Below are positions 27,596 to 37,950 of a DNA stretch of 64,000 nucleotides, piece by piece. The notes under the pieces are model-generated. The model was not told the origin of the DNA. It saw nothing but the letters and a program-made list of their open reading frames with translations, and ran no database searches. The stretch spans positions 2,782-66,781 of the forward strand of contig JAZNND010000059.1 of assembly GCA_045580085.1 (NCBI GenBank), in the 5' to 3' direction. This DNA comes from Eubacteriales bacterium (GTDB lineage Bacteria; Bacillota; Clostridia; Oscillospirales; CAG-272). How positions within the stretch are numbered: position 1 is the first letter of the stretch; each line of letters opens with the position of its first letter. The position numbers and the translations under genes were made by a program.

Positions 27596-28453
27596 ATGGA
27601 AATACTGAAACTTGAACATGTTTCTTGTATATACGGTGCCAAAACGCCCTTTGAGATCAAAGCTTTGGACGATGTTTCCGTCGGCTTTGAAAAGGGAAAG
27701 GTTACGGGTGTGATCGGTCATACGGGTTCGGGAAAGTCTACTCTTGTGCAAATGCTCAACGGGCTTTTGAAACCCACCGAAGGAACCGTATTGCTCGATG
27801 GCAAAGATATATGGGAAAAGCCCAAGGAAATCGGCAAGGTGCGCCACCGTGTCGGCCTTGTGATGCAATACCCCGAATATCAGCTTTTCGATGAAACCGT
27901 TCGCGCTGATATCGGCTATGCCCCGCGCAACATGAAGCTTTCCGAGGATGTGATCGCGGAACGCGTCAAAGAAGCGGCGGCGTTTGTCGGTCTTGAGGAA
28001 TCGTTGTTAGATAAATCTCCGCTTGAGCTCTCGGGCGGTCAAAAACGCCGCGCGGCACTTGCCGGCATCATTGCCATGCGCCCCGAGGTTCTCGTTTTGG
28101 ATGAGCCTGCCGCAGGGTTGGACCCGCGCGGAAAGGCAGAAATCTTTGACGGACTTTTGAAGTACCGCGATGCTTATGACGCAACCGTTATTTTGGTCAG
28201 CCACAGCATGGAGGATATGGCGAAATACGCCGAAAACATCGTCATGATGCGCGGTGCCCGTGTGTTAAAGCAAGGGAGCGTCGAAGAAATTTTCTCCGAG
28301 CCTTCTTTGTTGCTTGAAGCAGGGCTTGGCGTGCCTGCCGTCTTTCGCTTGGCAGAAAAGCTTGTAGAGGGCGGCATACCGCTTTCGGGCAATCTTTATA
28401 CGGTAGATGGGTTAAAAGAAGCTCTTTTGCCCCTTTTGAAAAAAACGAACTAA
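27596..28453 (+). CDS. ecfA2: ECF transporter ATPase EcfA2
   Basis: ORF trimmed to ATG 27596 (MEILKLEHVS), 1 nt after the ecfA1 stop. GHTGSGKST, LSGGQKRR and LVLDEPAAGLD are present. Confidence 0.9.
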   Translation: MEILKLEHVSCIYGAKTPFEIKALDDVSVGFEKGKVTGVIGHTGSGKSTLVQMLNGLLKPTEGTVLLDGKDIWEKPKEIGKVRHRVGLVMQYPEYQLFDETVRADIGYAPRNMKLSEDVIAERVKEAAAFVGLEESLLDKSPLELSGGQKRRAALAGIIAMRPEVLVLDEPAAGLDPRGKAEIFDGLLKYRDAYDATVILVSHSMEDMAKYAENIVMMRGARVLKQGSVEEIFSEPSLLLEAGLGVPAVFRLAEKLVEGGIPLSGNLYTVDGLKEALLPLLKKTN

Positions 28454-28471
28454 AGGAAAGGAAGGTCTCGT

Positions 28472-29296
28472 ATGCTCAAAGATATGACGCTCGGACAGTT
28501 CTTTCCGGGGAATTCCGTCATTCATAAATTGGATCCGCGCGTGAAGCTTTTGCTCACGATTCTCTATATCGTTACCATCTTTTTGGCGAAAAACGAATGG
28601 TGCTATTTGGCGTTGGTGCTTTCCTCCGTTTTGCTCATCGCGTTTTCGCGCCTCTCGCTTCGCGTTGTTTTAAAGGGGTTGAAGCCCGTGATCTTCGTGC
28701 TTGTGTTTACGGCACTTATCAATATTTTTGTCACCAAGGGTACGGTTCAGCTCGTTGATTTTTATTTCATTGATATCTATTACGAAGGGATTGTGCGCGC
28801 TGTCAAAATGGCAATCCGTGTTGTGGTGTTGGTGATTGGCACCAGTGTGTTGCTTTCCTATACCACCTCTCCCATCGTGCTGACAGACGCCATTGAATCT
28901 TTGCTGTCGCCTTTGAAGGTCATCCGTGTCCCGGTGCACGATTTTGCCATGATGATGACCATCGCTTTGCGCTTTATTCCCACTTTGGTGGAGGAAACCG
29001 AAAAAATCATGAATGCGCAAAAGGCGCGCGGTGCCGATTTTGAATCGGGAGGACTTTTACACCGTGCCAAAGCGTTGATCCCCGTTTTGATCCCACTCTT
29101 TGTTTCCTCCTTTAATCGCGCGGATGAGCTTGCCGTCGCTATGGAGTGCCGCTGTTATCGCGGTGACAAAGGCAGAACGCGTTTTGTGCGCATGCATTTG
29201 CATGTTTCCGATTTCTTGATTTTTGCTCTTTTTGCGCTGTTTTGCGCGGCTATTGTATGTGGCAATATTTATTTGCCCTATCACATTCCCGTATAA
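28472..29296 (+). CDS. ecfT: ECF transporter transmembrane component EcfT
   Basis: 274-aa multi-TM protein with the ARGADFESG motif region. It follows ecfA1-ecfA2. Confidence 0.88.
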   Translation: MLKDMTLGQFFPGNSVIHKLDPRVKLLLTILYIVTIFLAKNEWCYLALVLSSVLLIAFSRLSLRVVLKGLKPVIFVLVFTALINIFVTKGTVQLVDFYFIDIYYEGIVRAVKMAIRVVVLVIGTSVLLSYTTSPIVLTDAIESLLSPLKVIRVPVHDFAMMMTIALRFIPTLVEETEKIMNAQKARGADFESGGLLHRAKALIPVLIPLFVSSFNRADELAVAMECRCYRGDKGRTRFVRMHLHVSDFLIFALFALFCAAIVCGNIYLPYHIPV

Positions 29297-29306
29297 AAGG
29301 AACGGT

Positions 29307-30086
29307 ATGAAATATTTATGTAAAATTCGATATGTCGGTACCCATTTTTGCGGTTTTCAAGTGCAACCCGGCAAGCGTACGGTGCAAGGCGTGTTGACAG
29401 ATGCGGTGCGAACCGTTTTTGAAACGGATGTCCGTGTAACGGGGTGCAGCCGTACCGACAGCGGTGTACATGCCGACGGCTTTTGTCTGACACTGGAACC
29501 TGCCGACGGTGTTCTTCGTATTCCTTGCGAAAAATTGGGCGTTGCTTTGCAACCGCACCTGCCGCCCGATTTGTCGCTCTATGAGGCGCGCCTTGTGGGA
29601 GACGGATTCCACCCGCGATATGATGCAATCAGCAAGGAATATAAGTATCTCATTTTTCATGAAAAGGTGATGAATCCTTTTTTGAAAAACCGTGTTTGGC
29701 AAGCACCTCATTCCTTTGTTCCCGATGCGCTTTCCCGCATGAACGAAGGGCTTTCTCACCTGATCGGTACCCATGATTTTTCCGCTTTCCGATCGGAAGG
29801 CTCCCCCACGCTCTCCCCTGTAAGAACGGTGCATTCTTGCGCCGTGAAGCAAGAGGGAAGCCTTTATACCCTCTCGGTTTCTGCCGACGGATTTCTTTAT
29901 AACATGGTGCGTATTATCACGGGAACGGCGGTTGCCATTGCCGCAGGGCGAATCATGCCCGATGACGTTTCGCGTATTCTCGCACGCGGTGTGCGTTCCT
30001 CCGCCGGGGCAACCGCACCTGCCGACGGGCTTTATCTTTCGCGCGTGATTTATCGGGAAGAAGATTTTAACAAAGAAACACGCTAA
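29307..30086 (+). CDS. truA: tRNA pseudouridine(38-40) synthase TruA
   Basis: ORF trimmed to ATG 29307 (MKYLCKIRYVGTHFCGFQVQPG). Contains GCSRTDSGVHA with the catalytic Asp. Classical position after ecfT. Confidence 0.92.
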   Translation: MKYLCKIRYVGTHFCGFQVQPGKRTVQGVLTDAVRTVFETDVRVTGCSRTDSGVHADGFCLTLEPADGVLRIPCEKLGVALQPHLPPDLSLYEARLVGDGFHPRYDAISKEYKYLIFHEKVMNPFLKNRVWQAPHSFVPDALSRMNEGLSHLIGTHDFSAFRSEGSPTLSPVRTVHSCAVKQEGSLYTLSVSADGFLYNMVRIITGTAVAIAAGRIMPDDVSRILARGVRSSAGATAPADGLYLSRVIYREEDFNKETR

Positions 30087-30171
30087 TTTTTTGGAATCTT
30101 GGAAATAAAATAGCAGTTTGCTCCTTTTTGTTTGTCGCACACTAAATGTGATAACAAAAAGGAGTTTTTTT

Positions 30172-32697
30172 ATGAAAAAACAAAGGCGCGAGAAAAAAAG
30201 ATCACCTATTTTGAAAGGTATTTTTCTATCTGCCGCGGTGCTTTTTTTGCTCGGTGTTGTGACGCTTTCCATTCTCTCGGCGCGTGTGGTCGACGAGGAA
30301 TACGACGAAGCACTTTTTTCTGCCGTGGGAGAAGAGCACGATACGCGTTTTTATTATCACGCCGAAGGCGGAACTCCTATAGAAGGGATAGAGGATTACC
30401 GTGCTTTGGAATGGGAGAGTGAGCGCATCGCGGACGGTGCCGAGTGCATATATACCCCTTTGGATGAAATACCGCAAGCACTGAAAAATGCCTTCGTTGC
30501 CATTGAAGATATCCGCTTTTACCGCCACCACGGTGTGGATGTTTTGCGAACGGGCAAGGCAGTTCTCAATTCCGTTTTTCATTTTTCGCCGCGCTTTGGC
30601 GGATCGACCATAACACAGCAGTTGATTAAAAATATCGGCGGCGAAAAGGATGTTACCGCCGTGCGGAAAGGCAAAGAAATGCTGCGCGCGCTCTCGCTCG
30701 AAAGACGGCACAGTAAAAACGAGATTTTGGAGGCTTATCTCAACATCGTTCCCATGTCGCAAAATCGCATCGGTGTCGGCGCGGGTGCCGCGCTCTATTT
30801 CGGTAAGACACCCATGGAGCTGACGCTTGCCGAATGTGCGGGCATTGCGGCGGTCACGCGTGCTCCCTCTTTGTATGCGCCTGAGCGCAATATGGAAAAC
30901 TATTTGGCAAGGCGCAACACCGTGCTTGCCGTGATGCGGCAGGAGGGAATGATCACGGAGGCGGAATACCGCCAAGCCGTGAAGGAAGAGGTCTCTCTTG
31001 CCGAACAAAAAACAACCTCCTCGCGGACGCGTTCGTGGTATACGGAAACCGTCTTGAAAGACTTAAAAAACGCGCTTTTGGAAAAAGGATATACGGAAAG
31101 CGCGGCGAAGGCACTCATGTATCGCGGAGGATTACGCATATATACCGCCGTGAATATCGAAGCGCAACGCCTTGCCGAGGAATATTTTGAAAAAGAAGGT
31201 CGTTTTTCGGAATACGGTGACGGCTTTGCCGCCTCTTTTGTGTTGCTTTCGCCCCAAAGCGGCAATCTTGCCGCCGTCATAGGCAATGCGGGGAAAAAAC
31301 AAGGAAATCTTCTTTTGAACCATGCCACCGAGTCCTTGCATGCACCGGGTTCAGCCCTCAAGCCGATCGCGCTTTATGCCCCAGCCGTGGAAGAGGGAAG
31401 GATCACCGAAGCAACGGTTTTTGATGACGTGCCTTGCGAGTTTCATGCCGACGGCAGTTTTTGGCCGCACAATGCCGACGGCACCTTTTCGGGGCTTATC
31501 GGGTGCGCGGATGCGTTGGCGCACTCTAAAAACACCGTTGCCGTTTCTCTTTACCGCATGCTGGGGGCGGAGCATATTTATGCGCATTTAAATAAGCTTG
31601 GTATCCGCACGCTTGTGAGAGGGAAGAGTATGTCCGACGGCAGGCGTCTTAGTGACTTATCTGCCGCGCCGCTTGCGCTCGGTGAGTTGACCGACGGCGT
31701 TTCCTTGCTCGCTCTTGCTCGCGCTTATTTACCTTTTGCCGATCACGGAAAAATGCATGGAGTGCGCTCGTTTTTATTGGTTACGGATGCAAAAGGAAAT
31801 GTGATCTTGTCGCCGAAGAAAGAGAGCGAACAGGTCTATAGCGATACCACAGCATCGGTTATGACACACATGCTGAGGCAGGTGGTGGAAGAGGGGAGTG
31901 CCTCCGCGCTCACCATCGCGGAAACCCTCGACACCGCAGGCAAAACCGGAACATCAAGCGGTGCGCGCAACCGTTTTTTTATAGGCTATACTCCGTATTA
32001 TCTTGCCGGGGTATGGTGCGGATATGAAAACGGTACAAAAGCACTTGGCGGCAATGCGCATCTTATGGCTTTCGATCATATCATGCGAGAGATTCACAGT
32101 GCCATACCCGCCAACGAAAACGCTCCCACTTTTACCATGGCAAAAGGCTTACGCGCTGTCCGCGTTTGCGCGGATTCGGGACTGTGCGCCTCTGCACTGT
32201 GTGCACTTGATCCGCGCGGCGCACGGACAAGAACGGTTTGGCTGAAGGAAGAAGAAATCCCTCATGCCCTTTGCACCGTGCATACCCTTTACCGCCGATC
32301 CCAAAAAGCGGGAGGTATTCTTCTTGAAAGCGATGCACCCGTGTCCGATGAGAAAAAGGTTGCTCTCATTCGCGTGGAAAACCGAGATTTTCCCGTCAAT
32401 ATCCCCATCGCGGATGCCGAGTATACCTGCAGGGATTTGCATGGCACGATGCCTTCGGAAAAGAATGAAGCTTTTTATGCTACTTTGCTTGAAAAAGACC
32501 GTTACGCCGGCAAACCACCACATGGAGAAAGACCGTATAATGCTTGGGGCGGAAAAATAAGCGAAAAAAAAGAAGAGGTGCCCTCGTCACCGCCTTCTCC
32601 TTCCGCGCCTGTTCCGAAAACGGAAAAAAAGAAGCAAAATAAAAAAGCACCTCGCCGCTTTTGGGATGGATGGAAAAATTTTTGGTCAAAAAAATAA
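30172..32697 (+). CDS. Class A penicillin-binding protein (GT51 transglycosylase + transpeptidase)
   Basis: ATG 30172 follows AAAGGAG. Has an N-terminal TM anchor. GT51 motifs AFVAIEDIRFYRHHGVD and GGSTITQQL. Transpeptidase motifs GSALKP (SxxK), HSKN and KTGTS. The tail is Lys/Pro-rich. Confidence 0.9.
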   Translation: MKKQRREKKRSPILKGIFLSAAVLFLLGVVTLSILSARVVDEEYDEALFSAVGEEHDTRFYYHAEGGTPIEGIEDYRALEWESERIADGAECIYTPLDEIPQALKNAFVAIEDIRFYRHHGVDVLRTGKAVLNSVFHFSPRFGGSTITQQLIKNIGGEKDVTAVRKGKEMLRALSLERRHSKNEILEAYLNIVPMSQNRIGVGAGAALYFGKTPMELTLAECAGIAAVTRAPSLYAPERNMENYLARRNTVLAVMRQEGMITEAEYRQAVKEEVSLAEQKTTSSRTRSWYTETVLKDLKNALLEKGYTESAAKALMYRGGLRIYTAVNIEAQRLAEEYFEKEGRFSEYGDGFAASFVLLSPQSGNLAAVIGNAGKKQGNLLLNHATESLHAPGSALKPIALYAPAVEEGRITEATVFDDVPCEFHADGSFWPHNADGTFSGLIGCADALAHSKNTVAVSLYRMLGAEHIYAHLNKLGIRTLVRGKSMSDGRRLSDLSAAPLALGELTDGVSLLALARAYLPFADHGKMHGVRSFLLVTDAKGNVILSPKKESEQVYSDTTASVMTHMLRQVVEEGSASALTIAETLDTAGKTGTSSGARNRFFIGYTPYYLAGVWCGYENGTKALGGNAHLMAFDHIMREIHSAIPANENAPTFTMAKGLRAVRVCADSGLCASALCALDPRGARTRTVWLKEEEIPHALCTVHTLYRRSQKAGGILLESDAPVSDEKKVALIRVENRDFPVNIPIADAEYTCRDLHGTMPSEKNEAFYATLLEKDRYAGKPPHGERPYNAWGGKISEKKEEVPSSPPSPSAPVPKTEKKKQNKKAPRRFWDGWKNFWSKK

Positions 32698-32727
32698 AAA
32701 TCGGGGGCTGCCGTTTGCGACAGCCCC
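32688..32727 (-). terminator. Terminator of the O-antigen-ligase-like gene (minus strand)
   Basis: GGGGCTG/CAGCCCC stem at 32704-32727. On the minus strand it is followed by GATTTTTATTTTTT. Confidence 0.5.
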
Positions 32728-32739
32728 ACCGTATGAAGG

Positions 32740-34095
32740 TCAAGACTCATAATCGCCCTCTGCCAAATGCAAGGCGATGACATACCAGAAAGCAGGATAT
32801 ACATGGAAAAGATGCTCGTCCGTCAAGCTGACAAGCACGAGTGCCGCCGCCGAGAGAAGCAGGAAAAGGCAGATGGGAGAACGGCGTTTTTGAATTGCCA
32901 GACGAACCGTTCCCACGCGGTGAAGAAGATAAAAGATAAAACCGTATATACCGCAAGAGCCTAACATTTGCAAAAGTGTGTTGTGATACAAATAAGGCAT
33001 AATCGGAGGAAAACCGCCGAGCACAATACCCGAATTGAAAAATCCTACGCCGAAAAGCGGTGCGGCTTTGAATGCCGCGATTGCGCTTTTCCAAATTTCG
33101 AAACGGCCGTTATCACTAAAGCCGACCTGCATGAAAGCAGATAGCGCGGTTAAAAGCTTGTCGAGCAAAAGGAGCGAGCAAAGAAGCACCAGCCCCAACA
33201 GCACAAAGCAGAGAATACGTGTTTTTTTCTTGTTTTCCCCTTTGAAGCAGAGATAAATCAGCGCGATAAGCAAGATGGTACCGCCATAAAGCCATGCGCC
33301 GCGGCTTATGGTTAAAATAATGCCGAGAAAGATCGCGCCGCCGCTTAGCATCGAGAAAAGCCATCTCTTCGGCTTCAGCGCGAAATAGAGTGCGCAAGGC
33401 AACGTTACGGTCAAAAGCGCACCGATTTGTGTCCATGTGCCCCAGCCGATCATAATGGTGTTTTTGATGGGAATAAAACCGTCAAAGCTCACGTGCGTAA
33501 AATAGAGAACCAAAAGCTCAGCTGTTACGGTAATCCCCAAGGCGGCAAGCGTAAACAAAAAATGCTCGGCGTTTTCTTTGGTGCGCGGATGAAACAGCGC
33601 GAAAAGAAGATAGATCGCAACAAAAACAGCCGCCATGCCAATGCCGTATCCAAAGTTTTTCCATCCGTTTTGAGGATAAAAAAGACCGTTTAACATCAGC
33701 GCGAGCGCAAAAGCGCACAATCCGCCGAAGATGAAACTGCGCGGCAAACGGAGTTTTTCCTTCTTGCGCAGAACAAAGATCACAATGGAGGCGGCGAGAA
33801 AGACAGAGCCTATCGCAATAATCACGGGGATAGCCCCAGTTGTATAGAAATCGCTTTCGGTCGGAAGATAGGGCGTGTGCGAAATAGGGATGATGGCAAT
33901 AAAACCGCAAAGGGGCGGAATCAAAAAACGCAAATCATCGCAAAAGAGAAATCCCAAAACGGCGAGCACGGCAAGGAGAATCGCGCATGGAACGTCAAGC
34001 GTAAGCGTGTTGGCTGAAAAAATAAGCAGCATGACAGTCAAAACATACATTTTTCCGCCTAAAAATGCTTTTATTGCGTTTTGAAATGTTTTCAT
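32740..34095 (-). CDS. O-antigen ligase/polymerase-like (Wzy_C family) membrane protein
   Basis: 451 aa, polytopic. LTISRGAWLYGG and a later NTLLQMLGSCGIYGF region are typical of the O-antigen ligase family. Confidence 0.65.
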   Translation of the reverse strand: MKTFQNAIKAFLGGKMYVLTVMLLIFSANTLTLDVPCAILLAVLAVLGFLFCDDLRFLIPPLCGFIAIIPISHTPYLPTESDFYTTGAIPVIIAIGSVFLAASIVIFVLRKKEKLRLPRSFIFGGLCAFALALMLNGLFYPQNGWKNFGYGIGMAAVFVAIYLLFALFHPRTKENAEHFLFTLAALGITVTAELLVLYFTHVSFDGFIPIKNTIMIGWGTWTQIGALLTVTLPCALYFALKPKRWLFSMLSGGAIFLGIILTISRGAWLYGGTILLIALIYLCFKGENKKKTRILCFVLLGLVLLCSLLLLDKLLTALSAFMQVGFSDNGRFEIWKSAIAAFKAAPLFGVGFFNSGIVLGGFPPIMPYLYHNTLLQMLGSCGIYGFIFYLLHRVGTVRLAIQKRRSPICLFLLLSAAALVLVSLTDEHLFHVYPAFWYVIALHLAEGDYES

Positions 34096-34160
34096 AAATC
34101 CCGATTCCTTTCGGCAGTGGTGTAAAAAGGAGCCATCGTTGATCGACAGCCCCTTTGGGA

Positions 34161-35609
34161 TTATTTTTCGCTGTCCTTACGGTAAGCGTCTCGCGGTTCC
34201 TCACCCGAGTGCACATGCCGCTTTTTGGCGATGGGAGCCTTCTCTTGCTTGTTGATGGCTTTGAAGGGGGTAAGGAAAATAATTTTGATATCTTCAAACC
34301 AAGTCCAGTGTTCGATGTAGTAAATATCCTCTTCGATACGGCGTTCGATTGAGGTGTCGCCTCTCAAGCCATGGATCTGCGCAAGGCCCGTGATGCCCGG
34401 GCGCACCGAGTGCTTGAGCATGTAAAGCGGAACCGTTTTGCGGAATTCTTCCACAAACTTTGTCATTTCGGGACGGGGCCCTACAATGCTCATGTCGCCC
34501 TTTAGGACATTGAAAAACTGGGGCAGTTCATCGAGGGAATACTTGCGGATAAAGTTGCCGAATTTTGTTTTTCTGGCGTCATGCGGTGTTGTCCAACCGG
34601 CGGCTTCGTCTTTGTTGACCACCATAGAACGGAATTTATAAATGGTGAAAACACGGTTGTTCTTTCCTACACGCTCTTGTTTAAAGAGAATGGGACCGGG
34701 GGAAGAAAGACGGACACCTATGGCGGTGAAGAGCATGAGGGGGGATGTGAGGATGATCAAAAGAAGCGAAATGACGATATCTGTCACGCGCTTGGTGAAA
34801 CGGTTCAGCGAACTGTCTAAGGGTGTGGAACGGATATCCACCATGGGGAGCATGCCGAGCATTTTGACCTGCCTTTGCGATTTGAAAATGCCGCATGTGG
34901 CAGGAACAACCCAAACTTTGATGCAGTTGTCGTCACAAATGGAAACATATTTTACGATCGTTGCGCGGCGCACAGTGGCAAACGCCATGACTACCTCATC
35001 GGGGTGATGAGTGCGTAAAACGATATCAAGGTCAGGCGTTGAACCCAAATGCTTAAGACCGTCAATGGCGCAGTTGCCGACATATCCGATCACGTCATAT
35101 CCGTAGTCGGGGTGCAGATGTAGCTCGCGCATGTATTCGTCAGCCATTTCCTGGTCGTCTGTCAAAAGGAGAATGTGCTTGATGTTGTGCTTGTTGCCGC
35201 GAATGATGTGCAAAATAGCCATCACGGAGGATTTCTTGATGATCAAGAGAACCGTGCTGCTGAGGAATGTGGTCAGTGCCCAGTAAAGATAAAAATCATA
35301 TTCTACAAAGAAAATGGCGGCATAGAGCAAGTAAATGCAGAACATGAAGAAGTTGGTGGTGATAATCCTACCAATATAATATCCCTCTTTTTCCGAACGC
35401 ATCGGGCGGTAGATATTGGCATAGCTGTAGCAAAGAATCGAGAATAGTGCGATAAGAAGAGCAGCCAAAAGCTGTTTGAATCCGTCCATCGGGGAACGGT
35501 CCGCCCAGTGAATGGAGGCGGCAAGATAGCCGACATAGCAAGAGAGAAGATTGATAAAAAAATCAAGACCTTTTTCCGCCAAGCGGAAAAAAGAAGAACG
35601 TTCTTTCAT
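34161..35609 (-). CDS. Polyprenyl-phosphate hexose-1-phosphate transferase (WbaP/WcaJ-type priming sugar transferase)
   Basis: 482 aa. N-terminal TM segments are followed by SPGPILFKQERVGKNNRVFTIYKFRSM..DELPQFFNVLKGDMSIVGPRP. Confidence 0.9.
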   Translation of the reverse strand: MKERSSFFRLAEKGLDFFINLLSCYVGYLAASIHWADRSPMDGFKQLLAALLIALFSILCYSYANIYRPMRSEKEGYYIGRIITTNFFMFCIYLLYAAIFFVEYDFYLYWALTTFLSSTVLLIIKKSSVMAILHIIRGNKHNIKHILLLTDDQEMADEYMRELHLHPDYGYDVIGYVGNCAIDGLKHLGSTPDLDIVLRTHHPDEVVMAFATVRRATIVKYVSICDDNCIKVWVVPATCGIFKSQRQVKMLGMLPMVDIRSTPLDSSLNRFTKRVTDIVISLLLIILTSPLMLFTAIGVRLSSPGPILFKQERVGKNNRVFTIYKFRSMVVNKDEAAGWTTPHDARKTKFGNFIRKYSLDELPQFFNVLKGDMSIVGPRPEMTKFVEEFRKTVPLYMLKHSVRPGITGLAQIHGLRGDTSIERRIEEDIYYIEHWTWFEDIKIIFLTPFKAINKQEKAPIAKKRHVHSGEEPRDAYRKDSEK

Positions 35610-35851
35610 AATACGGATCCCTTCCCCTTGCGCAAGGCAAGGTTTAAGAATTTGGTATAAGGTGTAGAGTATGGGGAAAAATATATATCACTTTACAAGG
35701 AAAGATAAAAGTCACCGAATGATTTTGGGTAGGTTCGCCGACATGCGGCTCCTCGGGTATTATAACACAAAAAAAGAAAAATGTCAATTCTTTTATGCTT
35801 TTCGGTGAAATTTGGGAAAATGTAAATAAAACAATTCAAAAAAGGATAAAA

Positions 35852-36628
35852 ATGAAAGAGAAAAACAGCACTGAAAAAGAGACATCATTTTGTCAAATAG
35901 GCTCCTTGGTCTATCGGGATATCGGTGTTCATGAGGCGGCGGAATATATCCGAAAAGCGGCGAAAGAACAACGTTTTCTTGCCGTGTTTACCCCCGGTGC
36001 CGTTGCCGCCGCAAAAGCAGAGCGCGAAAAAGAAACACACCACATTCTTTCTCGAGGGGATCTCATTTTGCCGGACGGTGTGGGATGCCGCATCGCGGCA
36101 AGACTTTCGGGAAAAAAACTTCGCCATGTAACGCCCGGTATTGAAGTCGGCGAGGCACTTATGCGTTTGGGCAATCGGGATGGGATGCGCGTTTTTCTTT
36201 ACGGAGGCAGAGAAGGGGTGGCTCGTGATGCGGCAAAACGTCTTTCCGAACGGTTCCCCCGTCTTGTATTGGCAACGGCAAACGGATACGGATCTTCCCC
36301 TTTGGAAGAGATATTGCGTTTTCGTCCGCATTTTCTTTTGGTTTGCTTGGGCTTTCCGAAGCAGGAAAACTGGATTTTGGCACACAAAGAACGTCTGTCC
36401 TTCCCCTGTTTGGCACTCGGAGGCAGTCTTGATGTCTATGCGGGGCGATTGCGCCGCGCCCCCCTTTTTTTCAGACGCATGGGATTGGAGTGGGTTTGGC
36501 GGACGGCACGAGAGCCCAAGCGTATCGGTCGGCTTTTACCGCTTCCGCGCTATTTCTTGGGTTGCGCGCGGGATGGTATCAGACATCTTTTACAAAATTT
36601 CCAAAAAAGCATGAAAAAAAGAGTTTGA
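35852..36628 (+). CDS. WecB/TagA/CpsF family glycosyltransferase
   Basis: ORF trimmed to ATG 35852. Contains PDGVGCRIAA, FLYGGREGV and LVCLGFPKQENW motifs. Confidence 0.8.
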   Translation: MKEKNSTEKETSFCQIGSLVYRDIGVHEAAEYIRKAAKEQRFLAVFTPGAVAAAKAEREKETHHILSRGDLILPDGVGCRIAARLSGKKLRHVTPGIEVGEALMRLGNRDGMRVFLYGGREGVARDAAKRLSERFPRLVLATANGYGSSPLEEILRFRPHFLLVCLGFPKQENWILAHKERLSFPCLALGGSLDVYAGRLRRAPLFFRRMGLEWVWRTAREPKRIGRLLPLPRYFLGCARDGIRHLLQNFQKSMKKRV

Positions 36629-36671
36629 AGCATAAAAATGTGACAAATTTGATAAAATTTTCTCAATCCTA

Positions 36672-36700
36672 TTGCAAAACAGAAATAATTGTGATACAAT
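36672..36700 (+). promoter_or_regulatory. Putative promoter of gap
   Basis: TTGCAA (36672-36677), 17-nt spacer, TGaTACAAT (-10 at 36695-36700). Confidence 0.5.
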
Positions 36701-36773
36701 ACTATCTTGGTAAGGAATGTTTCTTTGCCATAAAGATGTTCTCAAAAAATATTATATATCGGAGGAATTTATC

Positions 36774-37802
36774 ATGTCTGTTAAAGTTGCCATTAACGGC
36801 TTCGGCCGTATCGGTCGTCTGGCTTTCCGTCAGATGTTCGGTGCTGAGGGCTATGATGTTGTTGCTATCAACGACCTCACCGAGCCCGCTATGCTCGCTC
36901 ACCTTCTGAAGTATGACACTGCTCAGCGTCCCTACTGCGGAATGCTTGGTGAGAATCTCCACACTGTTTCCTCTACCGAGGATTCCATCATCGTTGACGG
37001 TAAGGAAATCAAGATCTACAAAGAGAAGGACGCTAACAACTGCCCTTGGGGTGCTCTTGGTGTAGACGTTGTTCTTGAGTGCACCGGTTTCTACTGCTCC
37101 AAGGAGAAGTCCATGGCTCACATCAACGCAGGTGCTAAGAAGGTTGTTATCTCTGCTCCCGCTGATAAAGAGACCAAGACCATCGTATTCTCTGTTAACG
37201 AGAACACCTTGACTAAGGATGACCAGATCATTTCCGCTGCATCCTGCACCACCAACTGCCTCGCTCCCATGGCTAAGGCTCTCAACGACTATGCTCCCAT
37301 CCAGTCCGGTATCATGACCACCGTTCATGCATACACCGGTGACCAGATGATTCTTGACGGTCCTCACAGAAAGGGTGACCTCCGCCGCGCTCGCGCAGGT
37401 GCTCAGAACATCGTTCCTAACTCCACCGGCGCCGCTAAGGCTATCGGTCTCGTTATCCCCGAGCTCAACGGCAAGCTCATCGGTTCCGCACAGCGTGTTC
37501 CTACCTGCACCGGTTCCACCACCATCCTTGTCGCTGTTGTTAAGGGCACCGACGTTACCAAGGAAGGCATCAACGCTGCAATGAAGGCTGCTGCTTCCGC
37601 ATCTTACGGCTACAACGAGCATGCAATCGTTTCCTCCGATGTTATCGGTATGCGTTACGGTTCTCTCTTCGATGCTACCCAGACCATGGTTGCAAAGATC
37701 GATGACGATACCTATCAGGTACAGGTTGTTTCTTGGTATGATAACGAGAACTCCTACACCTCTCAGATGGTTCGTACCATTAAGTACTTCGCAGAGCTTT
37801 AA
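36774..37802 (+). CDS. gap: Type I glyceraldehyde-3-phosphate dehydrogenase
   Basis: GGAGG RBS before ATG 36774. [15 protein letters not shown] and the active site [12 protein letters not shown] are present. Codon bias is strong (no TTA/CTA/TCA, which gives a full-length antisense shadow ORF). Confidence 0.97.
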   Translation: MSVKVAINGFGRIGRLAFRQMFGAEGYDVVAINDLTEPAMLAHLLKYDTAQRPYCGMLGENLHTVSSTEDSIIVDGKEIKIYKEKDANNCPWGALGVDVVLECTGFYCSKEKSMAHINAGAKKVVISAPADKETKTIVFSVNENTLTKDDQIISAASCTTNCLAPMAKALNDYAPIQSGIMTTVHAYTGDQMILDGPHRKGDLRRARAGAQNIVPNSTGAAKAIGLVIPELNGKLIGSAQRVPTCTGSTTILVAVVKGTDVTKEGINAAMKAAASASYGYNEHAIVSSDVIGMRYGSLFDATQTMVAKIDDDTYQVQVVSWYDNENSYTSQMVRTIKYFAEL

Positions 37803-37824
37803 TTCTTAAAATTAAATTTCTCGC

Positions 37825-37871
37825 CGTCCTCGGCGCGGGCACGCTTGCGCCCGGCGCCGAGGACGCTTTTT
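37825..37871 (+). terminator. Intrinsic terminator of gap
   Basis: CGTCCTCGGCGC (37825-37836) pairs with GCGCCGAGGACG (37854-37865), followed by CTTTTTG. Confidence 0.75.
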
Positions 37872-37950
37872 GTAAAGGCGGAAGAATTCCGCCATAAAAC
37901 GAAAGATGTCTTTTAAAGGCAACCTTGCACAGAAAGGAATGGTTATAATA

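Noticed and set aside
35626-35637. 12-bp palindrome CCTTGCGCAAGG in the leader of the priming sugar transferase
   Set aside because: It can only form a 4-bp stem with a tetraloop. It abuts the G-rich RBS and is short enough to occur by chance. It is noted but not reported as a regulatory element.
37872-37950. TATAAT immediately before ATG 37951, suggesting a leaderless transcript
   Set aside because: The only TTGnnn box upstream (TTGCAC) is 13 nt away, too close for a functional promoter. The start codon choice for this gene (37906, 37939 or 37951) also remains uncertain.
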